64,000 nucleotides of DNA from Vicugna vicugna. Taxonomy: Eukaryota. The stretch is from positions 5,641,260 to 5,705,259 of the forward strand of contig MU058844.1 of NCBI GenBank assembly GCA_013265495.1, given 5' to 3'. Made by a program: the position numbers and the translations under genes. Shown here in pieces: positions 11,018-24,350 of this stretch. The notes under the pieces are model-generated. The model was not told the origin of the DNA and ran no database searches. It worked only from the letters and a program-made list of their open reading frames with translations. Each line of letters opens with the position of its first letter. The first letter of the stretch is position 1.

Positions 11018-13004
11018 TAAGCTGCCTTCTTGACTATCATGGATTCTAGAAGACAAGCTTTATCTTTCCCAAACTTTTTCAAAGTTTTAAATATTGTATC
11101 TTTGTTTATATTTACTTTCTAATTCCCACATATATCACATCATTATTGGATAGAACATGGTTGCTGGTAGAAGAGAGAGTAAAGAGAAAATTTTGTCAAG
11201 ATATTCATTAATATTCTTTATAAATCAAAGTCCTGAAAACAGAGTAAAATAATTATACTTTCCTTTACTTTTTGAATCAAGATTTTAGAAGATTTTTAAA
11301 ATTCAAACACAGTGGTTTTCACATAATAGTGATCAAATGGTGTTAGATTCAATATTTTTTATTGATTACACCTATAGTTTTCAGTCATATTTCTTACTCT
11401 GTTTCTTATCCTTCTCTCTTCTCTATCTTCTATTTTTATCAACTCCATTCTACACTGTTAAAATATCCTACCTGTGGTACTAACGTTTTAATGAGCTCTG
11501 TAAGAAGGTGAAGAGTGAATGGGGCTAAAAGATTAAAAAAAAAAATTGTGAGAAAGCTGGGGGGGGTGCTTTATTGCTTCCGGAAATAATAAATATAAGA
11601 AATATTTGTCCACTTCCATTGAATATAGAACAGAGAACATAGGACTAAATTAGAGCAAATATGGTTTGGTTTAATTCATTGAAGCAGAAGTGATTTATTT
11701 AGTTACTTCAACTGGAATTAATTCCAACTACTACTTTGGTCCCTACAATTTCAACAACGATTTAAACTTGTTTCACATTTGTGCATCCCATTTCACGGTG
11801 CTAGCTCTCCTTCCATAGATATTGTAGATCATTTGGAAAATGGTTTTAGAAATACATAAGCTCTCACCATTTGTTTTTAGTAAGTATCACAAACCAAATT
11901 ATTATTTCTAATAATCTTGGTAATTAGAAGCTAGTTTTTTTTTTAAATCATATTAGTTCCCTTGCTAAGATATAATTTAGTTAATCTAGTCACATGCAAA
12001 TATTGAGTACATTATATTAACAAAACCATTTTGCCCATCTTTTCAAAACAACTCTGTTCTTTGCCGATTACATAGTTTTTGTAAGTTCGTGAGAGAGCAA
12101 TTAAAAGTTTTCCTCCTGGCTTTTCTCGGTGGTAAGAATGTGACTTGTTCTGCTTTTAGTTAACTGCCTTAGAGGTCTTTTGCTGTTAATCATTACTTGT
12201 CTGTAGTTTAGTGAGAGTGCACACTGCACCTATTATCAACTGATTTACACGGTATCTTTTAGTAAGCAGGATGTGTTACTTGAGGCTAAAGGGGCAGATT
12301 TCATGACCCTGAAAAGAAGATCATGAAATTTTAATAGGAGTAACATTTATCTCTGCGCAACTTGTTTTTCCACAGCTCTGACCTCGGTTGTAAGACTCCA
12401 TTATAAGATGGAACAAATTAGATGTTGCATCTGTCAATATCCTCCATAATTGCTCAGAGACTATTTAAAGGAAACCAGTAAGAAATTATAGTTTATTTGG
12501 AATTTGATTTTATTATATTTTAATTTCACATATGTTTACTTTATAATAAAAAGTGAAGAAGATATCTAGCTTTATGTTTTTGCTGATTGTCACTTATCAT
12601 AGACATTAGCCACTATTCTGACTCTATTAAAGCATGCAGGATGGGTTAATATAGACCCACACTCTCACATATCAAAACAATCAAGGAAATTCTCAGTATC
12701 TAAGAAAAAATATTGTAGCATGTGAAAGACTCTGAACACTTTTCTTGAGCCTTAGAGGTTCCAGTGCCTTTGAATTAACTTTGGGTTTGCTACTGCAGGA
12801 CACTTAACTTTGCTCTCGGCTCTTCCGCATATGACAATCAATGGGCCCAACCAGATTCAGAGGACATGGCCTTAGAAACGCTATATCATGACTTCTGATC
12901 ATTTTAACTAAAAACGAGTTCTTTATATTTCACATGAGTTTACCATGTGGGTATTGAAATATTAAAATATAAAATAATCTTTAAGTTGTATATGTATATT
13001 TTTC

Positions 13005-13190
13005 AGAAGAGCGTGCCTGTACCATGTGCTAGGCATTGTACAGTGTGTGTTTCATGTTACACCATTCAACCAGAACACTGCTAGGCCATTGGTATAATCA
13101 CTTTGTAGAAGAGTGAAACGGTCTAAGAAAGGTTAAGTAACTTGCTCAAGTGGCAGGACTGGAATTTGAATGCGATTTGTCTGAGTATCT
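13005..13190 (-). mobile_element. MIR SINE
   Basis: accatgtgctaggcattg...aaggttaagtaacttgctcaag...ggaatttgaa. Confidence 0.75.
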
Positions 13191-13492
13191 GACAGCTCCA
13201 CCTCATACACACTGTATGCGTGAGAAAACTAAAGTGAACAAGCGGGTGTGTTAAAAAAAAAAAAGTGATGGCATTCCACAGGCACTTGCTTTTCACACTC
13301 TCCAGATTTGGGGTCTAGAGTCATGCCTACTTCTAAAAGGCATTGCTTTCCATTTCTCTTAACTCAGCTTTTAAAAATGCTGAGTTTTTGCTGGATATTT
13401 TAGTTGGATATTGCATGTTTTAGGAAGAGGAGAAGAGGTTTGTAAGCTGCAAGGGAAAGAACAGACAAGCAGTAATGAAATACCCTGGTAAG

Positions 13493-14056
13493 CAGAACTG
13501 GCTGCATAATTCTCAGGGCCTGGTATGAAATGAAAACATGGGACTTGTTTACAAGGCAGAAAAAAAGTATTTTCTTCTATGGCTTCTCTTGAGTTGTCAT
13601 GCTTTTTACTGTGTACTTAATGCCATGTCCCTCTGGCATGGGGGTGCTTTCAGGGTGAGCTAGTGTCTCCCAGGTACCTGGGGTCAGCCCCAGGATGCAG
13701 ACTAATCATAACTCTTGCCATGCTAGTATGCAGGCCCCTGCTGAGGTAGAGGGTGGCAGTGGTAACTGGACAGGAGTGGGGGCAGAAGGGGGAGTTTTGC
13801 CAGCCAAGAGCCCATCCTGGGAGGCAGGGAAATAAGATGAGACAGAAAGAGACAGGATGGCATGTGAGCAGAGGCTCGAAGTCCAGATTCATGATCCAGC
13901 ATCCTTTTAAACTTCACTTACAAAGCACATGTCCAAATTTACAATTATTGATACTTTCCAGACCGCAGCCACAGAACATCCATTAAACCCCAGCCGCCTT
14001 CTGAGTGCAGATCCCTCTGCAGATCTAGTGATCGCAGAGCCATGAAACCATGCCTG
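13493..14056. mobile_element. hAT-Tip100 non-autonomous DNA transposon (MER45-like)
   Basis: The termini cagaactggctgcataatt...aaatgaaaa and ...gccatgaaaccatgcctg resemble MER45 TIRs. The interior is GC-rich. Confidence 0.7.
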
Positions 14057-15714
14057 CCTGTGGAACGTATTCCTTGAAAGAGACTATAGCTGCCCTGGTT
14101 CCTTCAGTTCACTCGTTTGATCCTAAGTAATAGATGACAGCAGATAAGCCAAAGTTGGACAATGTGAGGCTCTAGTTAAAAAGGAATTTAGACCAAAGCA
14201 AAAGGCTGAACCTCTTTTAGAAATCAAGTAACTGATGAAAGCAGAAAATGGGTGATGCCATAGAACTGCCCCTCAAAAACAGTGCATGGAGAGCACACAA
14301 ATTAATCTCACAAATAAGACAGTGATCTAGAGAAGAGCACTGTAAACAGCAGAGTCCATCAGGCTTTGAGAACAGCTAGAGGTAAACTCTCCCTTGCCCC
14401 TTACCTTTTCACTAGCAAGCACACAATCAGGTGCCCCTGGGCCAAACCTCCCAACCTGTACAGGTGGAGTCAGCAAGGGGTGATGAGAGTATTCACATAC
14501 TTAAACATTTCTTGAATGGGTTGTTGATATTTCAGAATCTCCATAAGATCTGGATTTCAGCTTCTCCTTACGAATCTGGAGTTTTATCAAAATTGGCCAC
14601 AGCCGGAGGACCAATGTCTCATCCTCGGCTGAAGCCAGCGCGGACACTGATTTGTTGCACCATTCCCTGTCATTCTCAGAGCTGGCGGTGGCCTTGCTCT
14701 TAATCACTGCATTTCCACTTTATTTTTTCAGAGAAATATTTATTTTTATTTCTCTATCAAACATTCAGAGAAGAAAGTCATAAAAATAGGACCATGATTT
14801 TCTTACGGCCCCTCCAATTTGCTCATTTGTATTACCTCTCTGGCCTCAGAGCAGAAAACTGAGTTTGAGACCTTGGCTTTGCACTTCACTGGCCTCATTC
14901 TACCCTTTGCTCATAGGTTCTCAACTTTGTACTGTCCTTTTTCTTTTTTTTGCTCTTTTCCTTTTATGTTTACTTTTCTAACTTGAGCCTTGACCTTCCT
15001 CTCTCTCTTACTTTATCCTTTCTTTCTTTTCTTTCTTCTTCCCATTTTCTCATCCATTCCTGTTCCTCAGGGATCTACCTCATTTATAGATAGACAGAGA
15101 TCTTGTATGTATTTATATATGTGTCTTATATATATGTAAATACAAGTTGTATGGTAATAGAGAAAGCATGAGAAAGGTAAATTTAGTCTTCAAATTTTAG
15201 CATCTTTTGGAGTGTATTGAAATCTATGCAGTTTACTGAAAAACAGTAAAATCTTTAAGAAAGAAGATAAACAACACAATTGTTTCTTAATATTTTTGTC
15301 CCTAGGTTTTATTGTTTCTGGGGCAGTTTCAAACACTGTAGCTACTGATTTAGAAAAGTCTCTTTCCATTTACTGACTTGTGTCTAGAGATTGAGTTACT
15401 GAGTACCAGTGAGCAAGCTGAGTATGCTTCCCTGATCCAGGCAGGTTGCTGTTCAGTCCTGCACACGTTAGCAGATCCACACCATAAATAAAAGTCAAAA
15501 GTACTTATTTGAGTCTATTTTGGATCAGCAGGCAGTTTAAAGATTAGAGGATTGGGATAATGTGGTTGTTGTCTGAATGCTATGCTAGCAGTTGACCAAG
15601 TGAGAACTTTTGATAGAACTGGATCTAATAGTATTGTGCAAGCACAATGGGTATTAGTAAAGTATAAATTTCACCTTTTACTATTAAGTCAAATTCTAAG
15701 ACTAGTCTCTTCAA

Positions 15715-15905
15715 AAGAATATGGCTTACAGGTAATCAGTGCAAAAATTCACTGTCTGACATTAGATAAGTCCTTTCTCCTTGAAGGCCTCACGAAAAAC
15801 AATCCAATATCACAAAGTTATTATGAACATCAAATAAGATGATTACTCTAAAAATACTTAGCACAGTGTATCAGCAGCAATAGGTTCACACTAAACGTGA
15901 CTACT
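15715..15905 (+). mobile_element. MIR remnant
   Basis: tcacaaagttattatgaacatcaaataagatga...aaatacttagcacagtg. Confidence 0.55.
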
Positions 15906-17289
15906 AAAGAAAAGAAAGTTCTGTAATTGATTGAGGCAGGAAAAAAACACCTTTCTCTGTGTTTACATCTCAGATTTTTTGTATTTTACCATCCTTCTTC
16001 TTTTTTTTTTAAAATGATTTATTTACTGAAATCGCTACTGTCATTGTTAGGCTGTTACCAATGACCAGTCAAGAAATCAACCGTTTTTTAGAACAATAAG
16101 AACTACTTGCTTAAGTCCTTATCTGATTCTTTTGCTTCTCCCCGCCAAAAATTCCTTTGTATCCCTTTCCCCGGATCTCTAGTTAAAAGATAAGTTGCTG
16201 TTAGTCTCATAAGTTTTTAGAAATTATATAAATTCAGAGTTTTCTGCAATGATGTTTAGAGGGAAATAAGATATGGAAACTCTGAACACACCAAGGGTAG
16301 AGTTGGTATTTTTAAAATATTTTTCTCTCTTAATATGTGCTTGGCTAAAATCAGGCATTTGGAATTTTATTTAGTAAATAAAATAAACAATAAAAGGCAT
16401 TTTTAAAAAATAAAATAAACAATTAATAAAAGGTAGTATACTTTTTAAAAAGTAAGATATCCCAGTAGAAAAATGTTCAAAGATCCTGTGTATGCATTAT
16501 CTGTATGCGTGTTTGTGTGTACATACACATAATTTATTTTTCAAATGCCTTTTTCAGTGTCATGTGTTAAAAAAAATAGATAATACCCAAACAAGTGGCT
16601 GAAAATATTGCCTTTAAAATATCTCAAAACAAAATAAATGTGGGCAAAATTTTCCCACAAGGGAAAACAAAACAAAACTGTGAGCTCTCTTTATTTTATG
16701 TAAAATTGTTGCTGAAAAACAGCTGCCCAGCACCATTCCTCAGCCCTGTTTGCCTCTGGGTGGAACTTTTTCACTAGTTCTAGTTGATGGTTAAGTGTTA
16801 GTGGTTCTTATTATCATTTTGAATGAAATGCATGTATCCATTCTTTCCTTCCACAAACATTTATTAAAAATTCACTGTGATACCTGGTATATTAAATGAG
16901 ATTATAAGCAATATAGAAATATATGATTTGTATTATGCGATACACCCCGATGCCTCCAGTTAGTAACTGTAAATGTTGTGTGACATCATATTAATTTCTT
17001 ATGATCATTATGAGACAACTGTAAATGCAAAGCATTATATTCAACACTATTTAATGAGCAGTTTTTGTGATACATACAGATGTCCTAGCAGAATCTCAGT
17101 GACAATATTTTATCTTTCAGTGATGGTTTTCTGCTTTGAGTTTGATGGATATCTTATATGTTAAACAATTATAATGAGCGGCTCAGGAAGTAATATAATA
17201 AAAAACTCTGAACATAGAAATAACGTTTTTTTGCTATAGCTATTAGGAAAACTCTCTGGAGATTATTCATTTATGTGTATGAATTTTTC

Positions 17290-18540
17290 TCATCAAAACT
17301 TTCTAAGATTTCATTGTGAAAATTTTCAGATATGCTGAAAAATGAAAATAATTTTATAGTATCCCCATACCCATATTAACATATAGCCACTATTAACATT
17401 TTACTGTACTTGCTTGATCATTTATCCTCCATCTACGTGTAGTTCAATCCTTACTATTATTTTATACATTTCAAAAAATAGTTGTAGACATCATGTACAC
17501 TTCCCCCTAAAATCCTTAACATGTATATGATCACCTGAATGTCAATTTTTGTTAACAATTTATTTTAAAATAAAATGTCCATATCCTAAACTACACAGAT
17601 TGTAAGTGTATTACTTCATGAATTTTGACAGCCTTATATACACCTGTGCAATCCAATCACCTGTCAAGGTGCAGGACATTGCTATCACACAAGAAAACCC
17701 TTCATGCTTTTTTTTTTTTAACATTTTTTTATTGAGTTATAGTCATTTTACAATGTTGTGTCAAATTCCATGTAGAGCACAATTTTTCAGTTATACATGA
17801 ACATACATGTATTCATTGTCACACTTTTTTTTCACTGTGAGCTACCACAAGATCTTGTATCTATTTCCCTGTGCTATACAGTATAATCTTGTTTATCTAT
17901 TCTACATTTTAAAATCCCAATCTGTCCTTCCCAACCCCCGCCCCCTTGGCAACCACAAGTTTGTATTCTATGTCTATGAGTCTGTTTCTATTTTGTATTT
18001 ATGTTGGGTTTTTTTTGTTTTTCTAGATTCCACATGTGAGCGATCTCATATAGTATTTTTCTTTCTCTTTCCGGCTTACTTCACTTAGAACCTTCATGCT
18101 TTTTTACGATCAGTCTTTTCCCCATCAGACCCCAGAGGCAACACAATACTGATTAATTTCACCTCTTCTAGAAAGCCATATAAATGAAACCACACTACCT
18201 GTACTCTTTTATGTAACTTCCCTTCATTTAACATGGTTTCTTGAAATGTATGCACATTATTGTGTTTATTGATAATATCTTCATTTTTATTGCCAAACAG
18301 TTTTCCATCATATAAATATGCTTCACTTTTGTAATCCATTCTGCTGATGGCAACTTGAGAAGTTTTCAGTTGTTAATCAGTTTTGTTTGATTCTGCTACG
18401 AGCTTTCTTGACAAGTCAGTGCAGATGTATGTTTTTACTACTCTTGGGTAAACACCTAGAAGTGCAATTGTGGAGTCATATGACAGAAGTATCTTTAGGT
18501 TTATAAGATACTGCCAGATCTTTTTTTCAAAATGGTTGTA
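17290..18540 (-). mobile_element. Old L1M 3' remnants hosting a younger L1
   Basis: Antisense L1 3' UTR motifs. ORF 18094..18339 is the degenerate ORF2 end/3' UTR. Confidence 0.7.
17714..18090 (-). mobile_element. Young camelid-type L1 3' end with TSD
   Basis: aacattttttattgagttatagtcattttacaatgttgtgtc...ggcttacttcacttagaa. The TSD CCTTCATGCTTTTTT occurs at 17699-17713 and 18091-18105. Confidence 0.85.
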
Positions 18541-18949
18541 ACTTCTAGTTTTATTTTCTTGTGAAGTTCTAATTTAAAATTAGACTTTGTTACTCATTCT
18601 CTGGTAAAGGAGAGGTCCACACTAAAAGTGTAAGGCATTATACAGCAGGATGACTCTGGCAGTAAAGCCAGTCCTTTTAAAGATGCATAAAGACTGAAAG
18701 TGAACAACTTTATACAAAAATAAGTACACATTATTTTTAAGAGGTATTTAATTTCAAATTGCTATATAGAATATCAAGAATTTTATTAAAGCTAATGTAG
18801 TCTTGATTCCTATAAATACAAGCAACCAAAACGTAACATTTCTTTAGTTAGCATTCACTTAAGTGTTGAACATCATTATGTACTGCTTTGATCCAAACCT
18901 AATTTAAATCATAATTAAATTGAGATTTATTTTTAATACAGACCCAGTG

Positions 18950-19389
18950 GCATCTGTCCGTTTTCTAGGGTTGCCCTACCAAACAACTAGAAACTGTGTA
19001 ACTTGAAACAGCAGAAATGCGTTGTCTCCCAGTTCTGAATCTGAAATCAAGGTGATGGCAGGACCATTCTGTTTCTGAACCCTGTAGGGGAAAATTCTTC
19101 CTAGCCCCTCTCCTGCCTTCTGGTGATTTGCTGACAATCCTCAGCGTCCCTTGGCTTGCAGCTTTAGCACTTCAGTCTCTGCTTCCATTTCACACAGAAC
19201 TCTCTCCTCATGTGTCTGCATCTCTTCTTATAAATACATCAGTCCTGTTGTGTTACAGCTCTCCCAAATGACCTCATCTTACTTGATTACAACTGCAGAA
19301 ATCGTATTTCAAAATAAGATCACTTTCATGTGTACCAGTGGTTAGGACTTCAACGTATCTGTTCAAGGGGCACAATTCAACCCATAATA
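18950..19389 (-). mobile_element. MaLR solo LTR (MLT1B/C-like)
   Basis: ttctagggttgcc...aaacagcagaaatg...aaatcaaggtgatggcagg...ggggcacaattcaacccataata. Confidence 0.85.
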
Positions 19390-19987
19390 TATAGGCCATA
19401 TGATATTTGATTTACTTCCCCTTGTGAATAGATCTGATACAATGACAGCGTTCAAATTTTAGTTACTTCTTTCTTAAATATATCAGGATGTTTGGTGAGG
19501 CAGAAATAATATATAGGAATAAGGATATATTTTGATTTTGTTAGAAGTTTTTTTTTTTTCCGTCTGCTTGGTCTAATAGCTTTAAAAATAATCATATAGA
19601 AAGTAGATTATGGAAAAAGCTGTTTTCTTTTGGCTCTTACATAAAAAACATCAACCAATAACAACTCATTTCACAAAATCAGCAAAACATTACTGATTGA
19701 AAAAAATCAGCTGTAAGTGAGCTGCTTGTACAACTTTGCATCAAGAAAGCCTATTTGCCACCAAAACAAAAACAAAAAACAAAAAAAAAACAAAAAAAAA
19801 ACATTTGGGATAGCTGAAAAACAACTTCTATTTATTTAAAATATAATATGCTCATATTTTGTTTATTAGTTATTGTTCAAGCAAAGCCATTCACTTTCTC
19901 ACTTCAGACTGATGCAAGTTTCACATTAAGGGGATATGAAAGCTACTAAAAGTGCTTAAATTCTGTCAGGAAATAGAACTTCCTCAT

Positions 19988-20032
19988 TGTGTCATTTTGA
20001 GACATTAACCTGTGTCATTTTGAGACATTAAC
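19988..20032. repeat. Tandem duplication, 22 bp x2 (period 23)
   Basis: TGTGTCATTTTGAGACATTAAC occurs twice exactly. Confidence 0.95.
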
Positions 20033-21609
20033 TTGTTATCAACCCCAGTTTTACTTGCAGTACCCACCATCTATTCTAGAAAATAGGAAAAACATGTGAG
20101 ACACTAGAGATCAAGAGAGAGAGAGAAACAGATTGGTTTCAAGCAATGTGGCAAAGTATAAACTACAAAATTCTTAGGCAAATTGATCATTTGAAAATAA
20201 ATGTGTTCTAGCAAAAGTAAAAAAAGAAAATGTACTAATTAGCTATGAATCTTGGGTAACATAAGTTCAAGACAGAATATAATTTTCTGTGTTTTGTACA
20301 CAGAAGGTAAAAATGTAATAGCCTGAGTTTACAATATGCAGAAACTGAGGTTGAGATTTTTGTAAGGTGACATAGCTAGATGAGGCCAGAGACCTGAATT
20401 TAATGAATTTATTTTCAAGTTCTGAAGGTTAGTAATTTTACTTTAAAAAAAAATTTTACTTTAACCATTCTCCAAAGTTTATCTACAAATTTGGTAAAAG
20501 ACTGAGTCAAGGTAGAGAGAAGTATTAATAACATCTTCAAATGCATTCTATCGTAAGATTCTGATTTCATCTATTCCTATGGGCACAATGCAGCTAATGG
20601 CCTCCTTTAAAGACTTAACAGTTTATTAGTGTGTAAGGAATTCCATTAGTCTACAAATCTTATATTTTAATCAGAAAATTTAGTGGACCCACCATAGCTT
20701 AGAGGCTGAAAGGGCAGAATACAGACATAATCAATAAATAATAACAATGTAGAACATTTATCTTAAAAAAATAGATATGTAAGTCTAAATCTAAATGTAA
20801 GCTCTTTTGCCTGCATTTGTTATTAGAGCAATATAACTGAAATTAATTCCTCAAAGAAGGTGATTAAAATGTTAGGAGTTACAAAGAAAGTACTGGAAAA
20901 ACATATGAGAGAAAAAAAATAGCTAAACAAACAAAAAAGACTGCAGCTGTTTCTTCCCTCTCATTGGCAATTCCTGCAAAACATAGATCCTTGCACAGCA
21001 GAGGGGAGGAGGCCCTGAGTGCAGATGAGTTAATGAGGACCCATTATTGTGCTACCCCTTGACAAAATGTAAAGGACTGAGGAGTAAAATTAAAAAGAGC
21101 TAATGTCTCTCAATGCTCCCTCTGCCCTCACCAGACTAAATTTGGTGTCTCTCTTCTGAGTCTCAGTATCATACAGTAAAATATTTCATTTAAAGCAGTT
21201 GGCCCACTGTTTTGAACTGATTTAATTGTTCTTATGTCTCCCTTTTTAGACTGTAAACATCTCTATTTTAGGTTCATATTTAACATAACTTCTATATCTC
21301 ACTGGCTAGTGACTGTATAGAATATTGTGAATGTTTAAAAAGTGTTAAAATGACTTAAATTAGTGTTATTTTGCAATATTTATAATGATGTGCATGCTTT
21401 AGGTAAGTTTTGGGTGGATGTTGGCAAAAAAAAATGAGACATGACTTTAACTTGTCCTTAATACTAGTTATTAGCTAGTTATTATTGCCATTAAAAGTAA
21501 ATTGAAATTATGAAAGAAATTAACAGAAAATAATAATATTTTTAAAAGTCATTTTTTTTCTTGATTTGAAAGAATACATTCAATTTTATAATTATTAAAA
21601 CAATGTAAA

Positions 21610-21736
21610 GAGGGAGGGTATAGCTCAGTGGTAGAGTGCACGCTTGGCATTCACAAGGTCCTGGGTTCAATCCCCAGTACCTCCCTTAAAAAAATCATAA
21701 TAATTAAATAAATAAACCTAATTACCTGCCCCCCCC
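21610..21736 (+). mobile_element. tRNA-derived SINE (camelid Vic-1-like)
   Basis: gggagggtatagctcagtggtagag (A box)...gggttcaatcccc (B box)agtacctcc, then an A-rich tail ending aaacctaattacctgcccc. A possible TSD is aaacaat(g/a)ta. Confidence 0.9.
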
Positions 21737-23599
21737 AAACAATATATGCATTTTACAGTAACATAAAATTTTTATCTACTTGTATCTTTCTCACAAAGAA
21801 GCAGACAATAGCTGTGTTCAGGCCTGGATTTTGAGGGGAAGTGAATTCCACATCCTGCATGTATATTCCTTTGGTTGAAATTTCCAACTTTGCCTAGGGG
21901 GACCTCAAGTATCGTTTGTTTCAGGGTTTTACTGAGATCTCAATCTTATGGATGGAGATAGTAGAATCTCCCACATGACTTGATTTGATAGTATTATCCA
22001 GTGCAACTTTATTTTATACTCGGTCCATAAAATGCAAGTACAACTGGGTTTTCACAAGAATTCAGAGGGAGAGAGAGGGCAAGGCGGGGGGTGGGGTGTG
22101 GGCAGGGAGCTATTGCTTCATGGCAGGTTATACTAAATAAAACTATAAAATACAAGCTAGTGTTTTTTAATGACAGGATGTTGACAAGTATATGGAATTT
22201 GAGGTTGCTCAGGAGTGCTATTGCTTCTTAGATAAAACAAACCACATCAAATCTGTTCTTATTGTAAAAAATCAAGTCTTCTTTGTCTTTCCTACCTCAT
22301 TTCTAAATACACACTCTATCTATGTAGACAGGTTTTGATCAATTTCTGGTCAAATGGTTTAAATAGTTTAAACATTTCTGGTCAAATGTTCAATTTCATG
22401 ATTTTAATATAAGAGATGGTAGACTTTTTGAAATATATGTACTTTAAAATCTCAGGCCCGTGTCTTGATGGTCAGGAGTAGACAACTTGTTCTGCTATAA
22501 TGTACTTGCTAATAGCATACAGTATTTTTTTTTTTTCTTCCATGATAGGTATTCTTGATGACTTTCATCTCAGTGTGAAGCTCCTGTCAATTCCTAACTA
22601 ACAACAAAGGAAAAGAATAGGGGGAAAGAAATGAATGCACAAGAAGTAAAAATGCCATTTCACACTGGGTGCTTTGTAAATGTGAGCCAACTCACACAAA
22701 TCCTTTAGGCATCAGTAGAAATGGAGCTGAGCCAGAAGAGAAGAAAACATGTCCAAATAGAGAAAGTTTGCTCAGCAAATTGAAATTCAAGCCTGAAATT
22801 GAAAAGTTTGAGTTAAACCTACTGCAAAGGGCACATTTCATCCTTTACTCATTTTTTTCCTAAAATGCAAAGTTTATTATATATTGATTTTTTGTTACAG
22901 ATTCTTTGCTTATTTCCAGTCTCTGCTTCCACTTAATCTTCTGACATAGTAATTATCACTCAGGTAAATGGGAATAAAAACATAATGCTAAGTATTTGAA
23001 CAATTTCATCTGAGTTTGCACACAGAAGAAGTAAAATATACTCTTTTGTGTAATTACAGCTCAATATGAAAAATATAATTTGGCATTGTTGTCCCAAAGC
23101 CAAAATCTTTTATATTATTGCAAAATATGTTTAATAAAAAACAGTTTAGGTGCAATTTGGAGAACTTTTACATTAAATACTATGTGATTTCACTATTTGA
23201 GCTTTGAGTATCAAGCTCATGAATGTGAAAGTATTTTGTAATCTAAAAGTCAAATTTGATATAGAAGGAGGATTAAATTTTATCAAAAGGAAAAGTAGAG
23301 TTAATAATACATTTAAAATTATTTGTCCCTTGTGATCCAATTTGAAATAAATATAGCTCTCTCCATTTGTAAATTTTGATTGACATTGTCATTTGCCAAC
23401 ACTGGGAGAGACTTTTCAGGTAGAACTTTACTGGCAAAACTCAGCATACTCTCTGTGGAAACATGTTTTAATATCTCTCTTTATTATATTTTTGTTCTTC
23501 ATGACTAATTAAGTGGAATAGCTTAGAGTTAGTAACCATTTGGATGTTCACTTCTGTGATTTGTCTCTCACTGACAGTCAGCTACAACATAATGACTTT

Positions 23600-24350
23600 A
23601 GACACTGCACTTTAAAACCAAATCTCACCAGGCTACACACCGAGCTAGCAGGGCATGAAAATTCCCATTTCCTCACATCCTCACAATGTTTGATTCTATT
23701 GAGCTTTCTAATTTTTCTAATTACTAGTGAGTTTGCTTTCTAAGTTACTTCTTTGGATTTCTTTTTTACAGCCTTTCCCCATTTTTATTAGTTTCTTTCT
23801 CTTTTTCTGCTTCATTGACTAGAGATAGTCTAACCTTCTAGATATTAAGCTCTTCCCAATTTTTGTGTTGCAAATGTGTCTTTATGTAATTTTGTCCCTT
23901 AGTGAATAGAAAGCATTGCTTTGATACAGTTAAGCCCATCTGTTTTTCTTTTTAATGTTTGTTTTTCACTCTTTGGGGCTTTAAGCTTTTCTCCAAACCA
24001 TGACCATAAATACACTGCCCTACATTCTCTTCTATTAGTTGTATGTATGTATGTATGCATGTATGTATATATGTATCTATCACTTACATCATCTTTAGTA
24101 TTTTTCTCCACATAATGAACCATTGTTTTCTAGCATCATTTAGCATTCATTATTCTTCACTGAATTTTGGTACTACATTTATTGTATATTAAGTTGTTAT
24201 ATTTGCATGACCTCCCTCTCTATTCTGTTTCGTTTATCTGTGTTAGTAACATAGTGTTTGTATTACTATGTCTTTATCCTCCATCTAAATAGGTAGGATG
24301 AACAATCCCAACTCTTTATTCTTCCTTTCGCAAAGTTGAGATAGGTTTTC
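23600..24350 (-). mobile_element. Ancient L1ME ORF2 remnant with (ATGT)n
   Basis: attcccatttcctcacatcctcac... is an antisense L1 motif. ORF 23899..24123 has a KTDGLNCIK resemblance to ORF2p. Confidence 0.55.

Noticed and set aside
21612..21684. tRNA gene
   Set aside because: It has A and B boxes but also the SINE tail, a possible TSD and a second diverged copy at 29170-29330. It is a tRNA-derived SINE.
22342..22388. 15-bp direct repeat ATTTCTGGTCAAATG (period 32)
   Set aside because: Looks like an ordinary local slippage duplication, and the spacer is too short for an insertion with a TSD.
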